The position numbers and the translations under genes were made by a program. Under the pieces are notes generated by a model. That model searched no databases. It had not been told where the DNA came from and was given only the letters and a program-made list of their open reading frames with translations. From Bythopirellula sp. (GTDB lineage: Bacteria; Planctomycetota; Planctomycetia; Pirellulales; Lacipirellulaceae): a stretch of 64,000 nt of DNA. The stretch spans positions 2,880,001 through 2,944,000 of the forward strand of contig OZ244170.1 of NCBI GenBank assembly GCA_965216565.1, read 5' to 3'. Of the stretch, positions 1 through 8,607 are shown in pieces (the first letter of the stretch is position 1; each line of letters begins with the position of its first letter).

Positions 1-6
1 CTTTAA

Positions 7-74
7 TAGCCCACGCCTCTGGCGTGGGATTCGTCACGCACAGTCCATCCATCCCACGCCAGAGGCGTGGGCTA
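7..74. repeat. REPIN-like element: 24-bp perfect inverted repeat, each arm itself a palindrome
   Basis: TAGCCCACGCCTCTGGCGTGGGAT (7-30) and its exact reverse complement (51-74); the right arm contains the TAG stop of cobA-hemD. Confidence 0.85.
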
Positions 75-1595
75 AGCGTTTTCCGCTTCGAGAATTGCGG
101 CGATCAGGCCGGCGGTGGTGTACTCGCTGGCGACAACCGTCGGCTCGTGGCCCGCTTCGCGAAGAACACCCGCCGTGAGCGGGCTGATGGCGGCCAGACG
201 AGATTGCTTCAGGTCGTCGCCAAACAGATGCACTAGCGATCGTGCGATCGCCGAGCTAGTGACGGTTACCCAATCGAGGCTGCCTTCGCGGAGCGCCTTC
301 AGCACATCCGCATCGGCAACCTGGCAATCGGTGCTTTGGTACACCACGGTTTGTTCCACTTCCCAGCCCGACGAAGTGAGCATCTCGGCAAGCACCTCAC
401 GGCCACGACTGGCCCGCAGGAGCAAGCAGCGGCCCGGCTGGTCGGCTTGAGTCAGGGCCTCGGCAAGCGCTTCGGCCCGATACTCTTCAGGCTCGAGATC
501 GGCATGAAGGTGGTACTCTGCCAAAGCCCGCGTAGTTGCTGGGCCAATCGCGGCGAGCTTGCAGCCTCCCAAGGCCCGCAGGTCGATTCCCGATTCCAAC
601 AGACGGTCTAAGAAATACGTGACGCCATTCGCGCTAGAGAAGACCAACCAATCAAAGTTGGAGACATTCTGAATCTGTTGATCAACCGCTGCCCAATCCT
701 CGGGCGATGAGATCTCGATCGCGGGCTGTAGCATTGCAGTGGCACCCAGACGGCCCAGTTCCGAGACCATCTCGACAGATTGTCGTTCGGGACGAGTGAC
801 CAGCACCGTGCGTCCGGAGAGCTGCCCCGCACAATGGAAGTTCAAGTCAGCTTGCAGTGCGGAAACTTCGCCCACGATGATCGTCGCCGGAGGTCGCATG
901 TTGCCCGGCGCCAATACTTGTGACACTTCCGCTAGACTTGTGTGGAGGGTTTCCTGCCCCGGCAATCCGCAACGCCGGATGATGGCCACGGGTGTGTCGG
1001 CGGCGCGGCCATGAGCAATTAATTCTTGAGACCAAGTCGGTGCGGAGGTAACCCCCATATAGAAAACCAGTGTCCCGGGGAAGCGGGCCAAGCTGGCGAT
1101 ATCGAGTCCGTCCTGTTTGCCATCGCATTCGTGGCCGGTGACAAAGGCAACCGCCGATGCCCAGCGACGATCGGTTAGCGGAATTCCTGCCGCACTACTC
1201 GCGGCCAGAGCCGCGGTGACGCCAGGAATCACCTCGTAGGAAATCTCCGCTTCCTCGAGCGCCATAATTTCTTCTGCCGTGCGGCCGAAGATTGCCGGGT
1301 CGCCTCCTTTAAGTCGGACAACTCTCTTGCCGGTGAGTGCCGCTGCGACCAATTGCCGATTGATCTCTGGCTGGGTGAGCAGCCGCCCCTGGCCATGTTT
1401 GCCCAAGCAGACGAGCGAAACTTCGTGCGGTGCTTTGGCGAGTAGGCCTGCCTGGCGAAGAATGATGGGGTTCACCAGGTAGTCGTAGAATACAACTTCT
1501 GCTTGTTTCAGGGCTTCGAACCCGCGCAGGGAAATCAGCCCCGGATCTCCCGGCCCGGCCCCTACAATCGTTACTTTGCCCTTCGGATTTGCCAT
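72..1595 (-). CDS. cobA: Bifunctional uroporphyrinogen-III C-methyltransferase / uroporphyrinogen-III synthase (CobA-HemD fusion)
   Basis: VGAGPGDPGLI and RLKGGDP methyltransferase motifs; C-terminal HemD domain (VLVTRP, FSSANGV, AIGPAT, TSSAIA); start trimmed to ATG 1595 (MANPKGK). Confidence 0.93.
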   Translation of the reverse strand: MANPKGKVTIVGAGPGDPGLISLRGFEALKQAEVVFYDYLVNPIILRQAGLLAKAPHEVSLVCLGKHGQGRLLTQPEINRQLVAAALTGKRVVRLKGGDPAIFGRTAEEIMALEEAEISYEVIPGVTAALAASSAAGIPLTDRRWASAVAFVTGHECDGKQDGLDIASLARFPGTLVFYMGVTSAPTWSQELIAHGRAADTPVAIIRRCGLPGQETLHTSLAEVSQVLAPGNMRPPATIIVGEVSALQADLNFHCAGQLSGRTVLVTRPERQSVEMVSELGRLGATAMLQPAIEISSPEDWAAVDQQIQNVSNFDWLVFSSANGVTYFLDRLLESGIDLRALGGCKLAAIGPATTRALAEYHLHADLEPEEYRAEALAEALTQADQPGRCLLLRASRGREVLAEMLTSSGWEVEQTVVYQSTDCQVADADVLKALREGSLDWVTVTSSAIARSLVHLFGDDLKQSRLAAISPLTAGVLREAGHEPTVVASEYTTAGLIAAILEAENA

Positions 1596-1787
1596 TCGTT
1601 TTAGTTCTTTCGACCTCTCCTGCGAGGACTCGCGTGCAAGGGGTACTGCTTTTCGTTGTACCATAGAGGGCCAATGCTAGAATACACAGTAGCAGAGGAC
1701 CTGCGTAGCACTCGTTCTGGTATTGGAACGACCTGGCGGGATAAATCACTGGGACACTCGGAACTGCGACACTCGGAATCAACGCGC

Positions 1788-3248
1788 ATGGGAATTGATC
1801 AGCCATCAGGCCAGCAAGCTGCCGGTCAGTCTCCCGCTCAAGCTCCCATCACGGCGCCGCCGACAACTGCAACCAGGCAGCGTCTGCAGAAGCTTTTTGA
1901 ACACGCGCAGCGCTGTGTTGACAAAAAAGACCACGATTACGCGAATAAGCTCTTTACGCAGTGCGTGGTGGAAGATCCCAGCAATTTGATCTATTTGCAG
2001 GCCTTCCTGGGCAACCTAGAAAGCAAGTTTGGCGAGAAGAAAAAAGGCTCGCGGCTGGCCGGCATGAAGGTGAAGAGTCTCCGCAATACTTTGACCAAAG
2101 CTGCTGGCAAGGGCGACTGGCCCGTAGCGATCCAGGCAGGCTGCGACGCACTGGCCCTCAGTCCCTGGGATCCGGCCACGCTACTCGAGCTCGCCAAGGC
2201 CTACAACGAACTGGGCATTCTAGAATGCCAACTCTACTTGATGCGGTGGGGATTGGGTGCTGATGCGAAGGATGTGGCAATCAATCGGCAGGCTGCGCAA
2301 ACGCTCGAGCGCATGGGGCAGTTCGATCAGGCGATCGCTTGCTGGACTCGCGTGACCCAGGCCATTCCCAATGACGAACAGGCTTTGCAGGCCATTTCTC
2401 GTTTGTCGGTGGAGAAGACGATTCACGAAGGGGGTTACGACCCGAGTTTGCTCCAGGGCGATTCGGCCGAGGGCGGGTCGAAATCGTCAGTAGCCAGTTA
2501 CTCGCGGCATGCTGAAGAAGACGATGGCCTCACGCCCGAGGAGCGATTGCGGGCGGCGTTGGAATCCGATCCTAGTGATGCCGATAGCTGTCTGCATTTG
2601 GCCGACATTTTAATTCACAGCGCGCGGTCCGACGAAGCGGAACAACTGTTGGAGCGAGGCCGAAGTGCCGCGGGGGCGGGTGACTTGCGATTTCTGGAAC
2701 GGATCGAGTCGATCCAAATCCGCAAAGCCCACGAACAACTGCAGATTGCCCAGCAACGCCACGAGCAAAATCCCACCGACGAATCCGCGGCTCAGTTGTT
2801 GCAATTTCGCAGACAGGCCAATCAAGTGGAGCTGGAGATCTACGCCGCCAAATCGGACCGCGATCCCAGCAATACCCGGCTCAAACACGAACTGGGGCTT
2901 CGCTTCAAACGCGCCGGCAAGGTGAAGGAGGCGATCACCACCCTGCAGGGTGCCAGTGGCGATTCGAAGCGTCGGGCCCAGGTGCTCTTGGATTTGGGCG
3001 AGTGCTTCCAGAAAATCGAGCAATACAAGCTGGCCCTCTCCAATTACGAGCAGGCTATCGACGCCTGCGACAGCAACGAATCGGACGTCTACCGTCTGGC
3101 CCTCTATCGGGCAGGGGTTTTATCGACGGGATTGCGGGAAATGGACCGGGCGGAGCGGCATTTGACCGAGCTGGCCGGGCTGGATTACGGGTACCGAGAT
3201 GTGGCCGACCGGCTGGACAAACTCGCCGAATTGCGTAATAGTGGGTGA
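1788..3248 (+). CDS. Tetratricopeptide-repeat protein
   Basis: Multiple TPR-like helical repeats (LGECFQKIEQYKLALSNYEQAI; AAQTLERMGQFDQAIACW); start uncertain (ORF opens at 1656). Confidence 0.8.
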   Translation: MGIDQPSGQQAAGQSPAQAPITAPPTTATRQRLQKLFEHAQRCVDKKDHDYANKLFTQCVVEDPSNLIYLQAFLGNLESKFGEKKKGSRLAGMKVKSLRNTLTKAAGKGDWPVAIQAGCDALALSPWDPATLLELAKAYNELGILECQLYLMRWGLGADAKDVAINRQAAQTLERMGQFDQAIACWTRVTQAIPNDEQALQAISRLSVEKTIHEGGYDPSLLQGDSAEGGSKSSVASYSRHAEEDDGLTPEERLRAALESDPSDADSCLHLADILIHSARSDEAEQLLERGRSAAGAGDLRFLERIESIQIRKAHEQLQIAQQRHEQNPTDESAAQLLQFRRQANQVELEIYAAKSDRDPSNTRLKHELGLRFKRAGKVKEAITTLQGASGDSKRRAQVLLDLGECFQKIEQYKLALSNYEQAIDACDSNESDVYRLALYRAGVLSTGLREMDRAERHLTELAGLDYGYRDVADRLDKLAELRNSG

Positions 3249-3335
3249 TTCTGGCGACGTCGTTCCCTTGAACAGGGGGCTCCCTCGGCGGCCGCCTTCT
3301 CGATCCTGAAACACCACCCCACCGATTAGTTCAAG

Positions 3336-3608
3336 ATGCCCAATTCAGCCAGTGCCAAAAAACGCCTTCGCCAAAGTCAATCCAAGCGCCTCCACAACCG
3401 TTCGATTCGCTCGGACGTCCGTACTGCGATCCGCAAGGTCCGTAGTTCGATCGAGGCCGGCGATGTCGAAGCGAGCACCTCGGCCTATCAGGCTGCCACT
3501 AAGAAGCTAGACAAAGCTGCGGCCAAGAACGTAATGCATGCCAACACGGCAGCCCGCACTAAGAGCCGACTCTCCAAGGCGATCAAGAATCTCAAGGCCG
3601 CGAAGTAA
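3336..3608 (+). CDS. rpsT: 30S ribosomal protein S20
   Basis: MPNSASAKKRLRQ...HANTAARTKSRL signature. Confidence 0.97.
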   Translation: MPNSASAKKRLRQSQSKRLHNRSIRSDVRTAIRKVRSSIEAGDVEASTSAYQAATKKLDKAAAKNVMHANTAARTKSRLSKAIKNLKAAK

Positions 3609-3652
3609 ACCTCTCGCGGGTACTTTCTCGAATTCATCGCTCGATTTCATTG

Positions 3653-3711
3653 CCTAGCCGGAGGCACACTTGCCTCCGGATTTCAGCGGACCGCGTGGCG
3701 GTCCGGCTAGG
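3653..3711. repeat. Branched palindromic element between convergent rpsT and pyrK (REP-like, possible bidirectional stop)
   Basis: Outer CCTAGCCGG...CCGGCTAGG; inner CCGGAGGCA-cact-TGCCTCCGG and GGACCGC-gtg-GCGGTCC. Confidence 0.55.
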
Positions 3712-3787
3712 GCGTTAGCCACTTCAGTTAGCCTGAGCATCAGGTACGGCACCTGGGCTACGCTTTTGCATTCAAGCGAGTTTCCAC

Positions 3788-4684
3788 CTACCAAACAATC
3801 TTCCCCGCGTCGAACACGGGTCCTTCGACGCAGGTGCGTTTGTAGTCCCACTCGCCGTCGGGTTGTTGGACTTTCACCACGCAGCTAAAGCAGATGCCGA
3901 TGCCGCAGGCCATGGGGGTTTCTAGCGAGACCTCGCACGGCACCTGGCGGTTGATGGTGATTTTGGCGACTGCCTCCATCATTGGTTCCGGGCCACAGCA
4001 GGCCACGCGGACGTTCGTTCCCTTGGAATCATCGAGCGCTTGCTCAAGCAATTCTGTCACCAGACCGTGATGCCCTACGCTGCCGTCGTCGCTGCTGATG
4101 CGGAGGTCGATGCCACCACGGCGGAAATCTTCGGCACCGGCCAACAGATCTTTGTTGCGCACGCCGTAGCAGAGTGTCACCTGCTGGGCAGTTTGAACCT
4201 TGCGGCCATAGTCCTTCTTTCCGGCAAACTCTTGTCCCAAGGCGAGCATCGGCGTTTGCCCAATGCCACCGGCGACCATGATGAGATGATCGACGGGTTC
4301 CGCAGAGAATCCATTGCCCAAAGGTCCCCACACGTCGAGCGTGTCGCCAGGGCGGCACTCGGCCATCAGACTCGTCATCTTGCCCACCACCAGATAGACG
4401 ATATCTACGGCAGAGGGTTGGCCTGCACTATCGGGCACCGTGTCGTACAAAGCAAAGGCACGACCGAGGATGGGCTCTTCGCGCCCGGCGACGCGGAGCA
4501 TGAGAAACTGCCCGGGCACAACGGCTTGGGCGAGCGATTCGCATTCGAACCGCAGTCGGTACGTGTCGCGGGCTAATGGGACGCTTTCAACGACTTCCAC
4601 GCTGAACTGCTCGGCGGAGTCGGCATAGCAAGCCGCTGCCAGAGGATTGTTTCCAGTCGAGCTTTCCCTGTCGACACTGGCCAT
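3788..4684 (-). CDS. pyrK: Dihydroorotate dehydrogenase electron-transfer subunit
   Basis: PGQF, GPLGNGF, AGGIG, CGPEPM and MACGIGICFSC..C..GPVF 2Fe-2S motif. Confidence 0.9.
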   Translation of the reverse strand: MASVDRESSTGNNPLAAACYADSAEQFSVEVVESVPLARDTYRLRFECESLAQAVVPGQFLMLRVAGREEPILGRAFALYDTVPDSAGQPSAVDIVYLVVGKMTSLMAECRPGDTLDVWGPLGNGFSAEPVDHLIMVAGGIGQTPMLALGQEFAGKKDYGRKVQTAQQVTLCYGVRNKDLLAGAEDFRRGGIDLRISSDDGSVGHHGLVTELLEQALDDSKGTNVRVACCGPEPMMEAVAKITINRQVPCEVSLETPMACGIGICFSCVVKVQQPDGEWDYKRTCVEGPVFDAGKIVW

Positions 4685-4686
4685 CG

Positions 4687-5649
4687 CTACCGCGGGCTCC
4701 TCTTGCCTGTTTTGCGGCTGCCCTTGGCTGCAGTACTACCCGATTTCCTAATTCCACGTCCACGCTTGGCAGACGCAGACCGGCTCCTACCTGTGGCTTT
4801 GGAAGGAGAATCGGCTGGCGAAGAGTTGGCATAGTCGCGTAGCTTGCGGACCTCTTCCGGCGTCAGCTTGCGAATGGCTCCCCGAGGCATCTCGCCCAAT
4901 CGAACGGGCCCGACGGCAATGCGAGAGAGCCGCTGTACTTTGTGGCCCACTCGGGCCAGCATTCGGCGGATTTCGCGGTTGCGACCTTCGTCGAGCACCA
5001 TTTCCAGAATCGTAGAGTTCTTGCGGTGCCCTTTAATGCGGACCTTTACGGGATGGGCGTAGCCTTCGGCCAGATACATGCCTTTACGAAGCTTACCAAT
5101 CACTTCGACATCGGGCCGCCCAGCCACTTGGACTTCGTAAGTTTTTTCTACGCCATGCTTCGGATGCGTCAGTTTGTTAGCCAACTCGCCGTCGTTGGTA
5201 GCCAGGATCAGGCCTTCGCTCTCCATGTCGAGTCGACCCACGGTAAACACGCGGCCCGTGTCGGGAGGTAACATGTCTATCACACGCGGACGACCTGCTG
5301 GATCGCGTGCCGTGCATACGACGCCAGTAGGTTTGTTCACCGCCAGGTAGATTCGTTTTGGCTGAGGCAGCGCTTCGCCGTCGACATGAATCGTTTGGTT
5401 GTCGACTTCGACCCGGGTTCCGAGCTCGGTAACGACAACACCATCAACTTCCACGCGACCTTCCAGAATCAGTTCCTCGGCCTCGCGGCGACTTGCCAAA
5501 CCGGCCGCGGCGAGAATTTTCTGCAAACGCTCCCCCGGTTGGTCGTTGGTGCGCGGCGTGCGTTTGCCCGGACGGCGTCGCTTCGTGGTACGACCCGGCT
5601 GCGCGGTGTTGGACGAAGGTCGTCCAGATTTCTTCAAGGGGCGCGCCAT
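4687..5649 (-). CDS. rluB: rRNA pseudouridine synthase, RsuA/RluB family
   Basis: S4 domain (RLQKILAAAGLASRR), NKPTGVV, VGRLD catalytic motif, EGRNREIRRM. Confidence 0.88.
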   Translation of the reverse strand: MARPLKKSGRPSSNTAQPGRTTKRRRPGKRTPRTNDQPGERLQKILAAAGLASRREAEELILEGRVEVDGVVVTELGTRVEVDNQTIHVDGEALPQPKRIYLAVNKPTGVVCTARDPAGRPRVIDMLPPDTGRVFTVGRLDMESEGLILATNDGELANKLTHPKHGVEKTYEVQVAGRPDVEVIGKLRKGMYLAEGYAHPVKVRIKGHRKNSTILEMVLDEGRNREIRRMLARVGHKVQRLSRIAVGPVRLGEMPRGAIRKLTPEEVRKLRDYANSSPADSPSKATGRSRSASAKRGRGIRKSGSTAAKGSRKTGKRSPR

Positions 5650-5789
5650 GGGATACTCGGGTGGGGAGGATAGGGGGAGAACATCCCATCATACCCTGCA
5701 CAGAGAGCAAAACCCAGGGGCCGCCTTTTAATGGACCAATGTCCTAATGACCAAGTATCTAAGATCCAGAGCTTATTGGCATAGTTGCT

Positions 5790-6071
5790 TTAGTATCTGG
5801 GAACCAGTGCCGGTTGGGCGGGTCCCAACGGCTGTTGTTGGCGCGAGCGTGTCACTTCGTCTTCCGGCTTCTGAAATTCTCTCGGCCTGCCGCCGACGAT
5901 TTCTGGCCCCAAATCGTTGAGCGGATAAGGATCGAATTCCTGGGCCTGTCCGCGCTGGTACCAGGCAGGGCCAGGGTGGAGCAATTGTGGCTTCCGCACT
6001 GCCGACGAACATGCCGAAAGCGACACGAGCAGAATGCCAAGCAAGACATGTCGCATTGCGGGGAGTTTCAT
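5790..6071 (-). CDS. Small putative lipoprotein (hypothetical)
   Basis: Signal peptide with lipobox LSAC after MKLPAMRH; DPYP..GPEIVGGRPREF segment; start trimmed to ATG 6071. Confidence 0.65.
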   Translation of the reverse strand: MKLPAMRHVLLGILLVSLSACSSAVRKPQLLHPGPAWYQRGQAQEFDPYPLNDLGPEIVGGRPREFQKPEDEVTRSRQQQPLGPAQPALVPRY

Positions 6072-6418
6072 TGTTGCAATTCGCCAATTTGAGATTTCGT
6101 CGGCTGGGGGGCAGCGGGGTTGCAGAGTGTAGAGCTGACCAACAGCTAGGGAAAGAGAGGCTCTGCCACGATAGCGGAACAGGTAGAACGATGAATCACG
6201 AAGAGAATCCGTTGCCAAATTCGCACAAAGCCCCTAAATTGCCACACACGGGGTTATTTAACTGGGTGGTATCGTGCGCCTTGGGTAAGCTCTAACTGAA
6301 AGTGCTAGCTCGGTAAGATATGCATTGCCCGCGCGCCGATAAATCACTACATTCCCCCACCCTTCGCCCCTCAATCTTAACCGGCCAGATTCCCAGGCCC
6401 TCACTAGGCAGAATTATT

Positions 6419-8392
6419 GTGAAGTCGGAAAAGAGAGTCAGTACTTTGAATTCCATGTTTTTAACAGCACTCGTGGCTGCCCTTTCGCTCACGGCGACCT
6501 CAGCCCGGGGAGTGGTGCCTAGCGATCAACTCATGTCAGAGAACACGCGTGGCTATGCCTCGATTCCTGACATCGAAGAGCTAGCCACAAAATGGAATCA
6601 AACTCAAATGGGCCATCTCGTGCGCGACGAAGCCATGAAGCCCTTCATGGACGACTTGAAGCGACAACTACGTCGGAAGATTACCGGCGTGAAGGATAAG
6701 CTTGGCATCGAACTCTCCGATCTGCGTGACGTGGCGGGCGGCGAGATTGGGCTCGGCTTAGTGGAATTTGAGAACGAGCGAGCGGTTGTCGCCCTGACGG
6801 TCGACGTTACCGGCAACGAGAAGAAACTCAACAAGTTGCTCACGAAGGTAGACAAAGAACTCACCAAGCGTAAGGCAACCAAGGACAACGCTAATTTTGC
6901 CGACACCGAGCTTACGATCTATACCATTCCGCCTAAGAAAGAAGACGACCCTGTGCTGACGGCCGTTTTCTTCACCAAAGACAACATGCTTTGTGCGAGC
7001 GACAATCGTAGCGAAGCGGAACGTATGATCCATCGCTTCGAAGGCAGCAAGTGTTTGGCCAATATCAAGCAGTATCAAGCAACCATGCAGCAGTGCGAGC
7101 AGGAGTCGGGCGGCATCGCTCCTCAGCTCCGCTGGTTCCTCGATCCATTTGGTTACGCCCGCGCCGTGCGTTCGTTCAAAGACGCAAATGAAAAGTCGCG
7201 TGGCAAAGATTACGTCAAGATTCTCAGCTCCCAAGGATTCGAGGCCGTCCAAGGTGCCGGTGGATATGTAAGTCTGTCCGTGGGCGGTGCCTACGAGATG
7301 CTTCATCGCACAAGCGTCTACGCTCCTGCCGTTGAAGGCGCTCCAGATAAGTACGAGCTAGCTATGCGGATGATGGATTTCCCCAACTCGGACAATCTGG
7401 AAGCCCAAGATTGGCTGCCGCGAAAACTGGCTTGCTACCGAACTTTTAATTGCAATCTCGACAATGCGTTCGAGAACTTCGACTCTCTGTTCGATGCCAT
7501 TGCTGGTTACGACGATGCCTTTGCCGGAGTACTTGAAGGTTTGGAAAAAGATCCCTATGGCCCGCAGGTGGACGTCCGCAAGGATTTCATTGCCCATCTC
7601 GGACAACGCCTGACTCTGGTAACTGATTACGAAGTCCCAATCACTCCTAAGTGCGAGCGATTCCTACTTGTGCTGGAAGTGACCGACTCTGAGGCAATCG
7701 CCGAAACGGTAAAGAAGTTTATGGAGAGCGATCGAAATGCTATCCAAACCGATTTCCAAGGCAATGTAGTTTGGGAAATCCGAGAAGCGCAGCAAGAGGT
7801 TCCCGATTTGGATATTGCTGTGGCTGATTTGGATTTGCTGGCCCCAGTCGAAGCAGGCCCCGTAACCGACGGTGGTGAGGGAGCCTTGGCGAGCTCGGCT
7901 GTGAGCGTGGTCGATAATCACTTGTTTATTGCGTCGCATGTCGATTTCTTGAAAGAAGTTCTCAGCGAAAATGCTCCCCAAACGGGTCTGTCCACGGCAG
8001 GCGACTACCGCGAGGTGAATCGGGCCATGTCGCAACTTTCGCCCGGCGAAGCCGCGGCACGCTTTTTCATGCGTACGGACGAAGCTTATCGCCCCGTCTA
8101 CGAGCTGTTGCGGCAGGGCAAAATGCCTGAGAGCGAAACGCTGTTGGGACGCATCCTCAATCGATTGCTGACTCCACCGGATGACGAAGAAGAGGGCATC
8201 CTCCGCGAGCAGAAAATTGATGGCCGGCAGTTGCCCGACTTCGAAATGGTACGCCGCTACTTTAGCCCGGCTGGGACATTGATTCGCAGCCACGAAGACG
8301 GCTGGTTCGTTGTTGGTGCGACGCTTAGCAAGCTCGCCCCTCAAGCACGGGCGGAGACTAGTTCGGAGACTTCCGCAGGAACACTGCGTTAG
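6419..8392 (+). CDS. Large secreted hypothetical protein
   Basis: Long ORF with host-like codon use and a signal-peptide-like segment (MFLTALVAALSLTATSARG); start GTG 6419 or ATG 6455. Confidence 0.75.
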   Translation: MKSEKRVSTLNSMFLTALVAALSLTATSARGVVPSDQLMSENTRGYASIPDIEELATKWNQTQMGHLVRDEAMKPFMDDLKRQLRRKITGVKDKLGIELSDLRDVAGGEIGLGLVEFENERAVVALTVDVTGNEKKLNKLLTKVDKELTKRKATKDNANFADTELTIYTIPPKKEDDPVLTAVFFTKDNMLCASDNRSEAERMIHRFEGSKCLANIKQYQATMQQCEQESGGIAPQLRWFLDPFGYARAVRSFKDANEKSRGKDYVKILSSQGFEAVQGAGGYVSLSVGGAYEMLHRTSVYAPAVEGAPDKYELAMRMMDFPNSDNLEAQDWLPRKLACYRTFNCNLDNAFENFDSLFDAIAGYDDAFAGVLEGLEKDPYGPQVDVRKDFIAHLGQRLTLVTDYEVPITPKCERFLLVLEVTDSEAIAETVKKFMESDRNAIQTDFQGNVVWEIREAQQEVPDLDIAVADLDLLAPVEAGPVTDGGEGALASSAVSVVDNHLFIASHVDFLKEVLSENAPQTGLSTAGDYREVNRAMSQLSPGEAAARFFMRTDEAYRPVYELLRQGKMPESETLLGRILNRLLTPPDDEEEGILREQKIDGRQLPDFEMVRRYFSPAGTLIRSHEDGWFVVGATLSKLAPQARAETSSETSAGTLR

Positions 8393-8402
8393 TTCTGAGC
8401 CT

Positions 8403-8485
8403 TGCATTGCGTGGCAATGCGGCTAAAGCCTACGGACAGCACGTTCTGCGCTCCTTACATGCGAGCCGCATTGCCATGCAATGCA
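8403..8485. repeat. REPIN-like inverted repeat, 22-bp arms
   Basis: TGCATTGCGTGGCAATGCGGCT (8403-8424) / AGCCGCATTGCCATGCAATGCA (8464-8485), one mismatch; arms are self-palindromic. Confidence 0.8.
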
Positions 8486-8530
8486 TGGCAGAAAAGGAAT
8501 CGAGAAAAAAAACTTCCGCAATTTATATTG

Positions 8531-8566
8531 CCCCCTCACCTAGCCTCTCCCCAAAGGGGCGAGGGA
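8531..8566 (+). repeat. CCCCCTCACC...GGGGCGAGGG REP-like unit; related inverted copy at 50093-50132
   Basis: CCCCCTCACCTAGCCTCTCCCCAAAGGGGCGAGGGA resembles the reverse complement of 50093-50132. Confidence 0.55.
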
Positions 8567-8607
8567 CTATGGAGAAGTTTTTTTTCTCGATTCCACAAGC
8601 TCACACT

